Source: Thermostichus sp. DRC_bins_24 (lineage in GTDB: Bacteria > Cyanobacteriota > Cyanobacteriia > Thermostichales > Thermostichaceae). From it: 46,960 nt of DNA. Numbering within the stretch: position 1 is the first letter of the stretch; each line of letters starts with the position of its first letter. The notes under the pieces were generated by a model. It saw only the letters and a list, made by a program, of their open reading frames with translations, made no database searches and was not told the origin of the DNA. Made by a program: the position numbers and the translations under genes. Shown one piece after another: positions 39,068 through 46,960 of this stretch. The stretch spans positions 1-46,960 of the forward strand of contig JAUQVK010000033.1 of the NCBI GenBank assembly GCA_039794845.1, given 5' to 3'.

Positions 39068-40852
39068 TCATCCGGTTTGGGGTAAATGGGTGCGCTGTTT
39101 CGGATCCCCTTTCGGAATGGCGGCAATGAGGCGGCGAGTGTAGTCCTGTTGAGGGTGTAAATAGATCTCGGCTGCAGGGCCAATTTCTTCGATCCGCCCT
39201 CGGTTCATGACCATGATGCGGTCGCTCATGAACTTGACCACACTCAGGTCGTGGGAGATAAACAGGTAGGTCAGTCCCAACTCCTCCTGGAGATCTTTAA
39301 GCAAGTTCAGCACCTGCGCCTGAACCGATACATCCAAAGAGGACACTGCCTCGTCGCAGACGATCAAACGGGGCTCCGAGGCCAAAGCCCGCGCAATACA
39401 GATCCGCTGCCGTTGCCCGCCCGAAAACTGATGGGGCATGCGATCCAACGACTCGGGATCCAACCCCACCCGCTCAAACAGGCGTCTGGCCCGTTGCCGC
39501 CGAGCTGAGGCGTTCTCCCCGATTCGGTGCAGCCACATCGGCTCCATCACGGTTTCCCCCACCGACATACGCGGATCCATGGAAGCGACCGGGTCTTGAA
39601 AGATCAGCTGAATCTCCCGTCGCAACCGCCGCAGACGCGCGGCTGGTAACTGCAGCAGATCATCGCCGTCGTAGATCACCTGGCCGGAACTGGCGCGGAT
39701 CAGGCGCAGCAGGGTACGCCCCAGAGTGGTTTTGCCGCAGCCCGATTCCCCCACCAAGCCGAGGGTTTCGCCCGGATACAGGTCAAAGCTGATGCCATCC
39801 ACCGCCCGCAGCTCCCCCACCTGGCGACGAAACAGCCCTTGGCGCATGGCGTAGTGGGTGCGCAACTCTCGCACCTGCAGGAGGGGGGGCTGACTTTGTA
39901 ATCTCTGCCGCCGTTCTTCTTCTTCTGCCGCCGTAACCTCCACCCGCCGTAACTGCTGCTCAACCGACAGGGATCCCGGCTGGCTCTCTTCCTGAAAATC
40001 CTGCAATGCTGGTAGCCGCCGCAACCGCCGATCCAACACGGGCCGACAGGCCAACAGGCCGCGGGTGTAGGGATGCTGGGGATCCCGAAACACCTGCTCC
40101 ACGTCCGCCTGTTCCACCGCTTTGCCCCGGTACATCACCACCACCTGATCCGCCAGTTCTGCCACCAAGCTGAGGTCGTGGGTAATAAACAGGATTGCCA
40201 TCTGCCGTTGCTGTTGCAAATTGGCCAGCAGGCGCAGAATTTCCGCTTGTACCGTTACATCCAGGGCAGTAGTCGGCTCATCCGCGATCAAGAGTTTTGG
40301 GTTGGAGGCAATGGCGCAGGCGATGGCCACCCGTTGAATTTGGCCGCCCGAGAGTTGATGGGGGTAGCGCTCCAGCAGTTGGGGCGAGAGCTGGACTTCT
40401 TCAAACAGGCGAATGGCTTGGGAGCGAATTTGCTCCGGTGTTAGGGCGGTATGGGTGCGCAGGGTTTCCCGCAGTTGCTGGCCACAGGTGTAGAGGGGGT
40501 TGAGGGCGGTGCTCGGCTCCTGGAAGATCATGGCAATCTGGGATCCGCGATAGGCGCGCCGTTGACGGGGATCCAAGGCCAGCCAATCCACGGTTCCCTG
40601 CGGGCCTTGAAAGCGGATGTTCCCCTGCACCTCTGCTTGGCTGGGCAAAAGACCGATCAGGGTCAGGGCGGTCATGGTTTTGCCGGATCCCGATTCCCCC
40701 ACAATTCCCAGGGTTTGACCGGCCTGCAGCCGAAAGGATAACCCATCCACCACCGCCTGCCGGGAGCCATCGGTACGGCTGGGCAGGTAAACCCGCAACT
40801 CTTCCACACGGAGCAAATCAGCATGAGCAAAACCAGAGGTTGAATCGGTCAT
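39068..40852 (-). CDS. Dual-domain peptide/nickel ABC transporter ATP-binding protein (Dpp/Opp DF fusion)
   Basis: Two Walker A motifs (GESGSGKT, GESGCGKT), LSGGQ/FSGGQRQR, ADEPTTALD and CDEAVSSLD. The start is at 40852 or 40888. Confidence 0.92.
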   Translation of the reverse strand: MTDSTSGFAHADLLRVEELRVYLPSRTDGSRQAVVDGLSFRLQAGQTLGIVGESGSGKTMTALTLIGLLPSQAEVQGNIRFQGPQGTVDWLALDPRQRRAYRGSQIAMIFQEPSTALNPLYTCGQQLRETLRTHTALTPEQIRSQAIRLFEEVQLSPQLLERYPHQLSGGQIQRVAIACAIASNPKLLIADEPTTALDVTVQAEILRLLANLQQQRQMAILFITHDLSLVAELADQVVVMYRGKAVEQADVEQVFRDPQHPYTRGLLACRPVLDRRLRRLPALQDFQEESQPGSLSVEQQLRRVEVTAAEEEERRQRLQSQPPLLQVRELRTHYAMRQGLFRRQVGELRAVDGISFDLYPGETLGLVGESGCGKTTLGRTLLRLIRASSGQVIYDGDDLLQLPAARLRRLRREIQLIFQDPVASMDPRMSVGETVMEPMWLHRIGENASARRQRARRLFERVGLDPESLDRMPHQFSGGQRQRICIARALASEPRLIVCDEAVSSLDVSVQAQVLNLLKDLQEELGLTYLFISHDLSVVKFMSDRIMVMNRGRIEEIGPAAEIYLHPQQDYTRRLIAAIPKGDPKQRTHLPQTG

Positions 40853-40912
40853 GGCCACAGGACAAGGGTTGGCAGGATTATAGACCACGGCTGTGGGATG
40901 GCTGGGGAAATG

Positions 40913-42601
40913 CTAGGGCAGGTGTAATTCGGTTTTCACCGTTCCCGCCCGTTCTGCCCTGGCGACGATCTGCAGGTGGGTGCCGGCCGGGGCGCGGATC
41001 ACCCATTCCAACTTGCGCCGAAAGTCGATTTCTCCCGTGTCGGTGAAGGCTTTGACAAAGGCTTTGTTGGCTCTCCCCTGCAAATGGCCCAGGCTTTGTT
41101 GGGCTTGGCCCATGACGATTGAAGCGGTGGCGGGCAACTCCACAGACACCTGAATCGGTCGCACAATCTGCCGTTCCAGGGCCTTTTGGCTGGTGTGGGT
41201 GGGCAAGAACCCTTGGTTTTCCAGTTGCACAATCACCTTGTACAGATTGGATCCCTGGGGGTGAACCTCTGCTTTGGCCAGCGCCAGCTTGGGGCTCATC
41301 AAGGCATGGGCGAGGGTGAACTGACAGTGCCGTCGACACAGCTCCGGCAACAGCGGCGGCGGGGCATTTTCCCAGGTGACTTTTTCCTTCCAACCGCCGA
41401 TTTCCACCGGCCCCAGTTGGGGATGATCGAAGGGGTGCCAATCCACGAACCCCTCACCCCCCAGGTGCTCATCGTTCCAGCGCAGGATTTTCAGATCATC
41501 CGCTTCCGGATGGCGACGAAACCATTGGATGTAGTCTCCCTTTTGCACCCCTGCGGCAGTGGGCAGATCCCACAGTTCGGTGGTGAAGCCAAACCAGCCC
41601 CAGTGGTCGTAGCCATAGTCATCCATACCGCCGTGCAGAACTTGTTTGGGGTGATAGCGAAACTTGTGGTAAACGGAAACACATTCGTACCCCGTCAGTT
41701 GGGTGCCTTTTTCGCCGATCAGCCGGAAGGTTTCCAGATCCTCCACCGGAAAATGCTCATCCGGATGGGTGGAGTAGGGCCGCAGGATCACCGCCGAGAA
41801 GGTGTGATAGGTAACAAAGCCATTGATGTTGCGGTGGGTGCGCCAAAATTCTGCCTCGGCACGGGTTTCTGGCTCGCTGAAGGGATAGGCCCCCGCCCCT
41901 TTTTGTTCCGACTCGGGGGCCCACTCGAAGGGATAGTTGCGGTTGAAGTCCATGCCCGCCAGCGGAGGGGCCACGCGCACGTCGTAGCCATCGAAGTTGT
42001 GAATCAGCCCTTCCGGGAGCAGGGTGTAGTAGGTACCGCCAAATTCATCCGGCTCCCGTCGCACCATCAGGCGGGGATCCTTGTCTGAGATCTTCCAGGC
42101 CCCGCAATCATCCCTCAGGCGCATCTGCAGAATCAGCCCATCGCCGTTGATATCCTCTCGGTGCAGGCCGTCTTTTTTGTCGGGATCCGGGTAGGCGTGA
42201 GGACTGGAGCGGAAATCATGGGGGGTGGTCAGGTATTGTTCAGCCCCATCCACCGCAAGGCGGGGCAACACGTAGAGGGTGTACCCCCGCAGCAACCGGG
42301 TAGCTTGGGGATCCGCACCATACTGGCTAAGCAGGTGGTGAATGGTGTAAAGGGCCACGGCCGAGCCGGTCACTTCGCCTGCGTGGGTATTGGCATCGAT
42401 CCAGTAGGCGGGTTTGTCTAGGGCGGGGCCAGTGGTTTGATCCGTGAGGGTGGCCAGCCAGATCTCACGCCCTTGGCGGCTGGTACCCAGGCTTTCTAGA
42501 CGGATCAGGTGGGGGAAAGCCGCTGCTGCTGCCTGCAAAAAATCGACGATTTCGGCGTAGGTGAAGTAGTGACTGAAATCAAACTCGGGTAGGGCACCCA
42601 T
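40913..42601 (-). CDS. M14-family zinc carboxypeptidase
   Basis: HAGE zinc motif, DFNRNYP, FSEPET, YHTFS and TTELW, with a DINGDG insert. Confidence 0.9.
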   Translation of the reverse strand: MGALPEFDFSHYFTYAEIVDFLQAAAAAFPHLIRLESLGTSRQGREIWLATLTDQTTGPALDKPAYWIDANTHAGEVTGSAVALYTIHHLLSQYGADPQATRLLRGYTLYVLPRLAVDGAEQYLTTPHDFRSSPHAYPDPDKKDGLHREDINGDGLILQMRLRDDCGAWKISDKDPRLMVRREPDEFGGTYYTLLPEGLIHNFDGYDVRVAPPLAGMDFNRNYPFEWAPESEQKGAGAYPFSEPETRAEAEFWRTHRNINGFVTYHTFSAVILRPYSTHPDEHFPVEDLETFRLIGEKGTQLTGYECVSVYHKFRYHPKQVLHGGMDDYGYDHWGWFGFTTELWDLPTAAGVQKGDYIQWFRRHPEADDLKILRWNDEHLGGEGFVDWHPFDHPQLGPVEIGGWKEKVTWENAPPPLLPELCRRHCQFTLAHALMSPKLALAKAEVHPQGSNLYKVIVQLENQGFLPTHTSQKALERQIVRPIQVSVELPATASIVMGQAQQSLGHLQGRANKAFVKAFTDTGEIDFRRKLEWVIRAPAGTHLQIVARAERAGTVKTELHLP

Positions 42602-42639
42602 GGACAAGGGGATCCTTTCTGTTTCGGCACTCGCACATC

Positions 42640-42948
42640 TTATCCCTCAGGAGGGGATCCCAGCCGAGTGGGGGTATGCCCGTGAATGTGCCCCGACCGG
42701 GCAACATAGTGGCGGCAGCGGCAGGGGCCAAGGGGATTGACGGCACAGGGTAAATACGGGGAGCGGGAAAAATACCGGCAAGAGGGATCCCATTGGGAGG
42801 AGGGCAGCCCCGTCAGGCGGTGGGGGTTGAGGAGCCCCCCATTCCGGTGAGCGGCACGGCGGGATGCGATTTTTTCCAGCAGCGGGATCGATTGCGCCAA
42901 CAGGGTCAGTCCCAGCCATAAGCCCACACCTAGCATCAGCTGCACCAT
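42640..42948 (-). CDS. DUF6464-type small Cys-rich protein with N-terminal TM helix
   Basis: WDPSCRYFSRSPYLPCAVNPLGPC.CRHY motif. Confidence 0.7.
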   Translation of the reverse strand: MVQLMLGVGLWLGLTLLAQSIPLLEKIASRRAAHRNGGLLNPHRLTGLPSSQWDPSCRYFSRSPYLPCAVNPLGPCRCRHYVARSGHIHGHTPTRLGSPPEG

Positions 42949-43145
42949 GGTTGTCTCTCCTGCAGACCATTGTGGATTCTTGCTGCCCAGCCTAGGCCAG
43001 CTTTTTTCACCCTTGCTAGGGTTGCAGTCAGTTTTGTAACCGTCCTTTTCATATTCTCTCGAGGAAGAAACCCGGCGGAAAAACCGATTAGAGTAAAGCT
43101 AGTCAACCTGTCTTCTTGCTGCTGGAGCCCGGCAGCCTTCGGCTT

Positions 43146-43724
43146 ATGTACCCGACACCTGAGTTGGCCAGCCTGTTGCGCCGCACAGCCGATCGCATCC
43201 AGTCGCAGCGCTGGGGCTTTTGGGATAGGGAATATCGCTGGCAAGATAGCACCCGCTGTAACTGCGGCCTGCTGGTACGAGAAGCCCTGGGCTGGGACGG
43301 GGATCAGCTGAGTTTGCGCATTCACCGCGGCACTTGGCGCAGCATCGCCCAAACCGCCTATCGAACTGCCGCCCTGGCCCTGCGGGATCCCTTGCAACAG
43401 GAGCAGCGCTGCTCGGCGACGGGCCTACGTCTGGGGTATGTGTTTGAAAAGATGGCGGAATGGGGGTTCGATCGGCCGGAAGACTTCGCCGCCCTAGAAG
43501 AACTCAGCGACCCTGTAATCTTGGCCCGCCTGGCTAAAAAAGGATTGGAGCCGGTGCAGCGCCACCGGTCGGCTCATGTGGTCCTCTACATGCGGGAACT
43601 GGCGGACTGGATTGACGAACAATTGCAGGCTCAGGCTCAGATTGGCCGATTGACCCAAACGTTACACAGAACCTTACACAGAGAGGAAGAGGTTCCTGTT
43701 CGGCAGTCGGTGCACCTCAGTTGA
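43146..43724 (+). CDS. Uncharacterised protein (CNCG motif)
   Basis: L...LRRTADRI...Y.W....CNCG.L, C..TG, LE.LSD..IL.RL, VVLYMR..AD pattern. ATG at 43146. Confidence 0.7.
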   Translation: MYPTPELASLLRRTADRIQSQRWGFWDREYRWQDSTRCNCGLLVREALGWDGDQLSLRIHRGTWRSIAQTAYRTAALALRDPLQQEQRCSATGLRLGYVFEKMAEWGFDRPEDFAALEELSDPVILARLAKKGLEPVQRHRSAHVVLYMRELADWIDEQLQAQAQIGRLTQTLHRTLHREEEVPVRQSVHLS

Positions 43725-43779
43725 CGAGAATCTGCCTTTTCCCCCAAGATCGGCCTCAGCTTGCTTGAGATTGCACCGT

Positions 43780-44523
43780 ATGTTCAGCCCTGGGGATCCA
43801 GCTGCATCGCCAGAAGTCCTGGTCAAAGCCTTACAACGGGTCATTGCTGACTTTCATGGGCGACCCACCTACAGGGTTACAGGAAAGGGAGGGCGCTCCT
43901 TTCAGTTTTTTGCCACCTCCATTACTGACAACATTCCCCCCTTGCATCCGCATCTCTCGGCAGCCGTCTGTCTGCTTAGTCGCCTACACCTCACCCAAGC
44001 CCACCAAGCCACCCTGGGGGTGGGGGAAGAAGATCGGGGCGCCATGATCATCTCTGATATTCTGCTTAGCTACAATTTGCCGCGCACCTTGGCCCGTTGG
44101 ACCCCCACAGGCGCCCCTGGAGAAATCGGGATCCCGTTGGCCAATGAATACATTCCAGAAGGCTCAGTCCAGGTTTATTTGAATGGGGTAAAAGCGACGG
44201 ATCGGGTGGTACTGGTGGATGATTTGATCAGCACAGGTGGGACAATGGTGGCCTTAATCGAGTCGGTGCGCAAGGCCGGAGCGGAGATTTTAGAGGTGTT
44301 TACCATTGCTGAGAAAACAGAAAATCAGGGGCGACAGTATGTCTATGAACAAACTGGGATCCAGGTGAAAACCTTGTTGGCCTCCGATCTTGAACAAAAG
44401 GAAGATGGAACCTTTTCGCGAGTCTTGCACTGCAACTTGGGAACTCTGAATGGCCCGCTCTTTGAACAGATAGCAGCTCAGTTTCCGCCAGGGTTCTGTC
44501 GATCGGGATCGGGGGAGGAATGA
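43780..44523 (+). CDS. Type I phosphoribosyltransferase (purine PRT-like)
   Basis: PRPP-binding loop RVVLVDDLISTGGT and EEDRG. ATG at 43780. Confidence 0.8.
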   Translation: MFSPGDPAASPEVLVKALQRVIADFHGRPTYRVTGKGGRSFQFFATSITDNIPPLHPHLSAAVCLLSRLHLTQAHQATLGVGEEDRGAMIISDILLSYNLPRTLARWTPTGAPGEIGIPLANEYIPEGSVQVYLNGVKATDRVVLVDDLISTGGTMVALIESVRKAGAEILEVFTIAEKTENQGRQYVYEQTGIQVKTLLASDLEQKEDGTFSRVLHCNLGTLNGPLFEQIAAQFPPGFCRSGSGEE

Positions 44524-44689
44524 TGGAGGAGAGGGGGCGTACCTGACTGTTCAGCAGCAAAAGCTCCACTGCTCCGGGCTGGTGGGGAGTGGCGGCGGCA
44601 AGCGATTACAACCTTCGGCGCAGATTGGATGTTCAACTTGCCGTTGCAAGATACGAGCCAACTCTTCCCCAGGGAGTCGATTCCATTCC

Positions 44690-45226
44690 TTAGGCAGGCA
44701 ATGCTAAGGGATCCCGGGGAGGCGGAGGCGGCATCTGGGGCAACTGCACTCTCCAGCCCGGCGAGTCGAGCTGATCCAGGTGGTACAAGTGGTAGCTGAG
44801 TTGGTAGAGATCCACCCGCAGCTGACGGTTTTCTGCCTGAATGGCGGCAATGCGCTCACGAATGGGTTGAATGCGGGCTTGAAACTTGCGCCGATACATC
44901 TCTGGCAACTCTTGCATCATTTGCTCAAGCAGTTGCTTTTCTTGGTAAAGTTGCTCGATCTCCGCTTCATAGCTGCGGATTTGCTGGTGTTGCTTCTCTT
45001 GACGCAGTTGCATGAGATCTAGCTGACCCTGCAAAATGCGGTTGCGTTCTTGTAAGGACTTGATTTCGCTCTCCCGTGCAGCTGCCAGAGCTTGTGCTTG
45101 TTTGGCCCGTTGGGGATCAGACTCACGATTCTCTAACTGCTCCTGCAAATAGGGATCCAATTGGTTGATCACCTCAGCCGCAATCCTCTGGACAAGCTCC
45201 CTTATTCGCTCCTCCGCCTCTTGCAT
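44690..45226 (-). CDS. Coiled-coil hypothetical protein
   Basis: Q/E/L-rich heptads and LPEMYRRKFQ.R, co-oriented with coaE. Confidence 0.7.
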   Translation of the reverse strand: MQEAEERIRELVQRIAAEVINQLDPYLQEQLENRESDPQRAKQAQALAAARESEIKSLQERNRILQGQLDLMQLRQEKQHQQIRSYEAEIEQLYQEKQLLEQMMQELPEMYRRKFQARIQPIRERIAAIQAENRQLRVDLYQLSYHLYHLDQLDSPGWRVQLPQMPPPPPRDPLALPA

Positions 45227-45266
45227 ACACACCCCCTCAATCCAGGCTCAATAGGGACGGGATCCC

Positions 45267-45875
45267 TTACCCGTAACTGTATCCGGCCCGCCGGGGTGGG
45301 GCAATCGTCAGAGCCCGGCTCACCTGTTCACGGAGATCCTCCAGAGATCCAGAATTGTCCAGCACCACGTTCGCACGACGAATTTTCTCCACCAAAGGCC
45401 ACTGGCTGGCGATGCGAGCTTCGATTTGCCCCGGTGGCAGCAGCCGTTGGGCCAAACGTTGGCGTTGCTGCTCTGGGGTACAGGTAACCACCCAAATTTC
45501 CCCAACCCAGGGTTCCATGTGGGCCTCAAACAGCAACGGAATCATCAAACAAACTGTGGGGGATCCCTGTTGGGTCTTCAGGAAATGCTGCAATTGGGTT
45601 TTTACAAAAGGGTGAATCTGCCCTTCCAGCCAGATCCGCTCACCCGGATCCGCAAACACAATTTCCCCTAACCGTCCCCGGTCCAGATCACCAGCTTGAG
45701 TTTGAATGCCGGCGCCGTAGCGCTTTAGCACCCTTTCTCGAATCGGGGATCCCGTCGCCAAGGCTTGTCGGGCCAACTGATCCGCATCCGCAACCGGGAT
45801 CCCGTGTTGCTCCAAGATTTGAGCAACGGTGGATTTACCCGTGCCAATTCCCCCCGTTAGGCCAATGATCCGCAT
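45267..45875 (-). CDS. coaE: Dephospho-CoA kinase
   Basis: RIIGLTGGIGTGKSTV, DADQLAR, LDR.RLGEIVF, IHPFV, IPLLFE and RIASQWP. Confidence 0.95.
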   Translation of the reverse strand: MRIIGLTGGIGTGKSTVAQILEQHGIPVADADQLARQALATGSPIRERVLKRYGAGIQTQAGDLDRGRLGEIVFADPGERIWLEGQIHPFVKTQLQHFLKTQQGSPTVCLMIPLLFEAHMEPWVGEIWVVTCTPEQQRQRLAQRLLPPGQIEARIASQWPLVEKIRRANVVLDNSGSLEDLREQVSRALTIAPPRRAGYSYG

Positions 45876-45895
45876 CGGGCCATCGTCCAACCAAC

Positions 45896-46570
45896 TTACG
45901 AGCCCATCGCCTGGGTTCGTTTATCGGTGGGCAAAAACTGCCGCTCCAGCACCTTATCCACCAGACCGTAGGCCTTGGCTTCGGCAGCACTCATGTAAAA
46001 GTCGCGGTCATTGTCGGCTTTGATCTTCTCGTAGGGTTGGCCGGTGCGATCTGCCATGATTTTGTTGATCTGTTCGTCGATGAACAACAGCTCCTTGGCT
46101 TGGATCTCGATATCCGTGGCCTGACCCGCCGCCCGTCCAGAACTTTGGTGGGTCATGATGCGGGCGTTGGGCAGGGCCATGCGTTTGCCAGGAGCGCCCG
46201 CACAAAGCAGGAAAGCCGCCATACTTGCTGCCACCCCCATGCAAATGGTGCACACATCCGGCTGAATGTACTCCATGGTGTCGTAAATGCCCATGCCGGA
46301 ATAAACGGAGCCACCGGGGCTGTTGATATAGAGGTAGATATCTCGGGTGGGATCCTCGGCCTCCAAAAACAGCATCTGGGCAATCGCCAGGTTAGCAGCG
46401 CTGTCATCAATGGCCCGACCCAGAAAGACAATCCGATCCCGCAGTAGTCGAGAGTAGATGTCGAAGGCTTTTTCCCCGCGGGAGGACTGCTCGATCACCG
46501 TCGGCACGACGATCCCCACAGGACTTTGATGAAGATGGGATGGAACTTGCGCAAAGTTTGACACCGGCAT
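45896..46570 (-). CDS. clpP: ATP-dependent Clp protease proteolytic subunit
   Basis: [33 protein letters not shown] (catalytic Ser), IMTHQ and [13 protein letters not shown]. Confidence 0.96.
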   Translation of the reverse strand: MPVSNFAQVPSHLHQSPVGIVVPTVIEQSSRGEKAFDIYSRLLRDRIVFLGRAIDDSAANLAIAQMLFLEAEDPTRDIYLYINSPGGSVYSGMGIYDTMEYIQPDVCTICMGVAASMAAFLLCAGAPGKRMALPNARIMTHQSSGRAAGQATDIEIQAKELLFIDEQINKIMADRTGQPYEKIKADNDRDFYMSAAEAKAYGLVDKVLERQFLPTDKRTQAMGS

Positions 46571-46689
46571 GGGCTTCCGAGATTAAAAGGGCTAATTGCG
46601 TTGGTCATCACCAGCCTTGTGCAACAAGCCCAGTTCAACGCACCTCTGGGCTACGAATATAGCCCGAACTCTCAAAGGATGTCAGCCAG

Positions 46690-46960
46690 GGCAGCAGGAG
46701 CCCCGCACCCTACCCTTTCGAGGAGGGGTCGGGAGGAATGCGCCGCCGGCAGCGGGATGAAATCACATAAACCAACTCCTGACCATCTCCTGCAAGCTCA
46801 AGGTGTCCGAATCTATAGACCACAAAACCAATCCGACTCCGGAGGCGTTTGGGCAGGCGTTGAACTGGGTTAACCAGAACACACCCGAAAAGATGGTCAA
46901 TGCCCTCAAGCTGCAATCCCTTTGCTACCACGAGATTCGCGCTCACTTTGGCCTGTCGAG
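46690..46960 (+). mobile_element. tnpB: Degenerate IS200/IS605-family element: end hairpin plus 5' part of tnpB (ISSoc-like), running off the window
   Basis: From 46767 the frame reads INQLLTISCKLKVSE...EAFGQALNWVNQNTPEKMVNALKLQSLCYHEIRAHFGLS, recognisable as a Synechococcus OS-type TnpB N-terminus with the start codon changed to ATA. Upstream GGAGCCCCGCACCCTACCCTTTCGAGGAGGGGTCGGGA resembles an IS605 subterminal hairpin. Confidence 0.75.

Larger units (their letters stand above)
1..46960. repeat. Highly iterated palindrome GGGATCCC (HIP variant)
   Basis: Dozens of copies inside and between genes (e.g. near 872, 1092, 2595, 4009, 5771, 9823, 15561, 24164, 33730, 42654). They were not counted exactly, but the chance expectation is only a few. 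Confidence 0.9.

Noticed and set aside
44524..44689. Small ORF between the PRTase and the coiled-coil gene
   Set aside because: The open frames lack a convincing start, RBS or recognisable motif.
2315..46447. Numerous long antisense or alternate-frame ORFs (e.g. 2700..3443, 5984..6721, 12543..13205, 26674..27432, 36431..37177, 41186..42088)
   Set aside because: They lie over well-supported genes and have the Arg/Pro/Gly-rich composition expected of GC-rich shadow frames.
46601..46946. ORFs 46601..46873 (+) and 46710..46946 (-)
   Set aside because: They are shadow frames over the tnpB remnant; the meaningful frame starts at 46767.

Overview
This is a gene-dense chromosomal segment from a thermophilic unicellular cyanobacterium. 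The Thermostichus / Yellowstone Synechococcus OS-A/OS-B' lineage is inferred from the very frequent GGGATCCC palindrome, the cyanobacterial gene set and an ISSoc-like tnpB remnant. Most of the window is housekeeping or common cyanobacterial genes: desA, furC/perR, aroA, hisC, a CYP38-like PPIase, PspA/IM30, Hsp20, argZ, rpaA, a metB-family lyase, coaE and clpP. The most notable accessory part (about 18.8-32.5 kb) is an aminophosphonate module with a triple Pho box: a 2-AEP-type ABC transporter and a divergent TIGR03364-type FAD amine oxidase, with no phnW/phnX/phnZ in the window. Three unrelated Uma2 nuclease genes (one a pseudogene) flank and interrupt this module. It is followed by a cytoplasmic serine hydrolase, a ferric-reductase-like flavocytochrome with a small partner ORF, and a fused [2Fe-2S]-molybdopterin hydroxylase that has no FAD subunit nearby. 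Elements missed by the ORF track are a GifA/IF7-like micro-ORF, a candidate structured RNA leader ahead of a zincin-like orphan gene, and a degenerate IS200/IS605 tnpB element at the right edge. A decayed VWD-domain lipoprotein gene lies at the left edge. No CRISPR array, tRNA or rRNA was seen. All calls come from visual motif recognition; no database searches were run.
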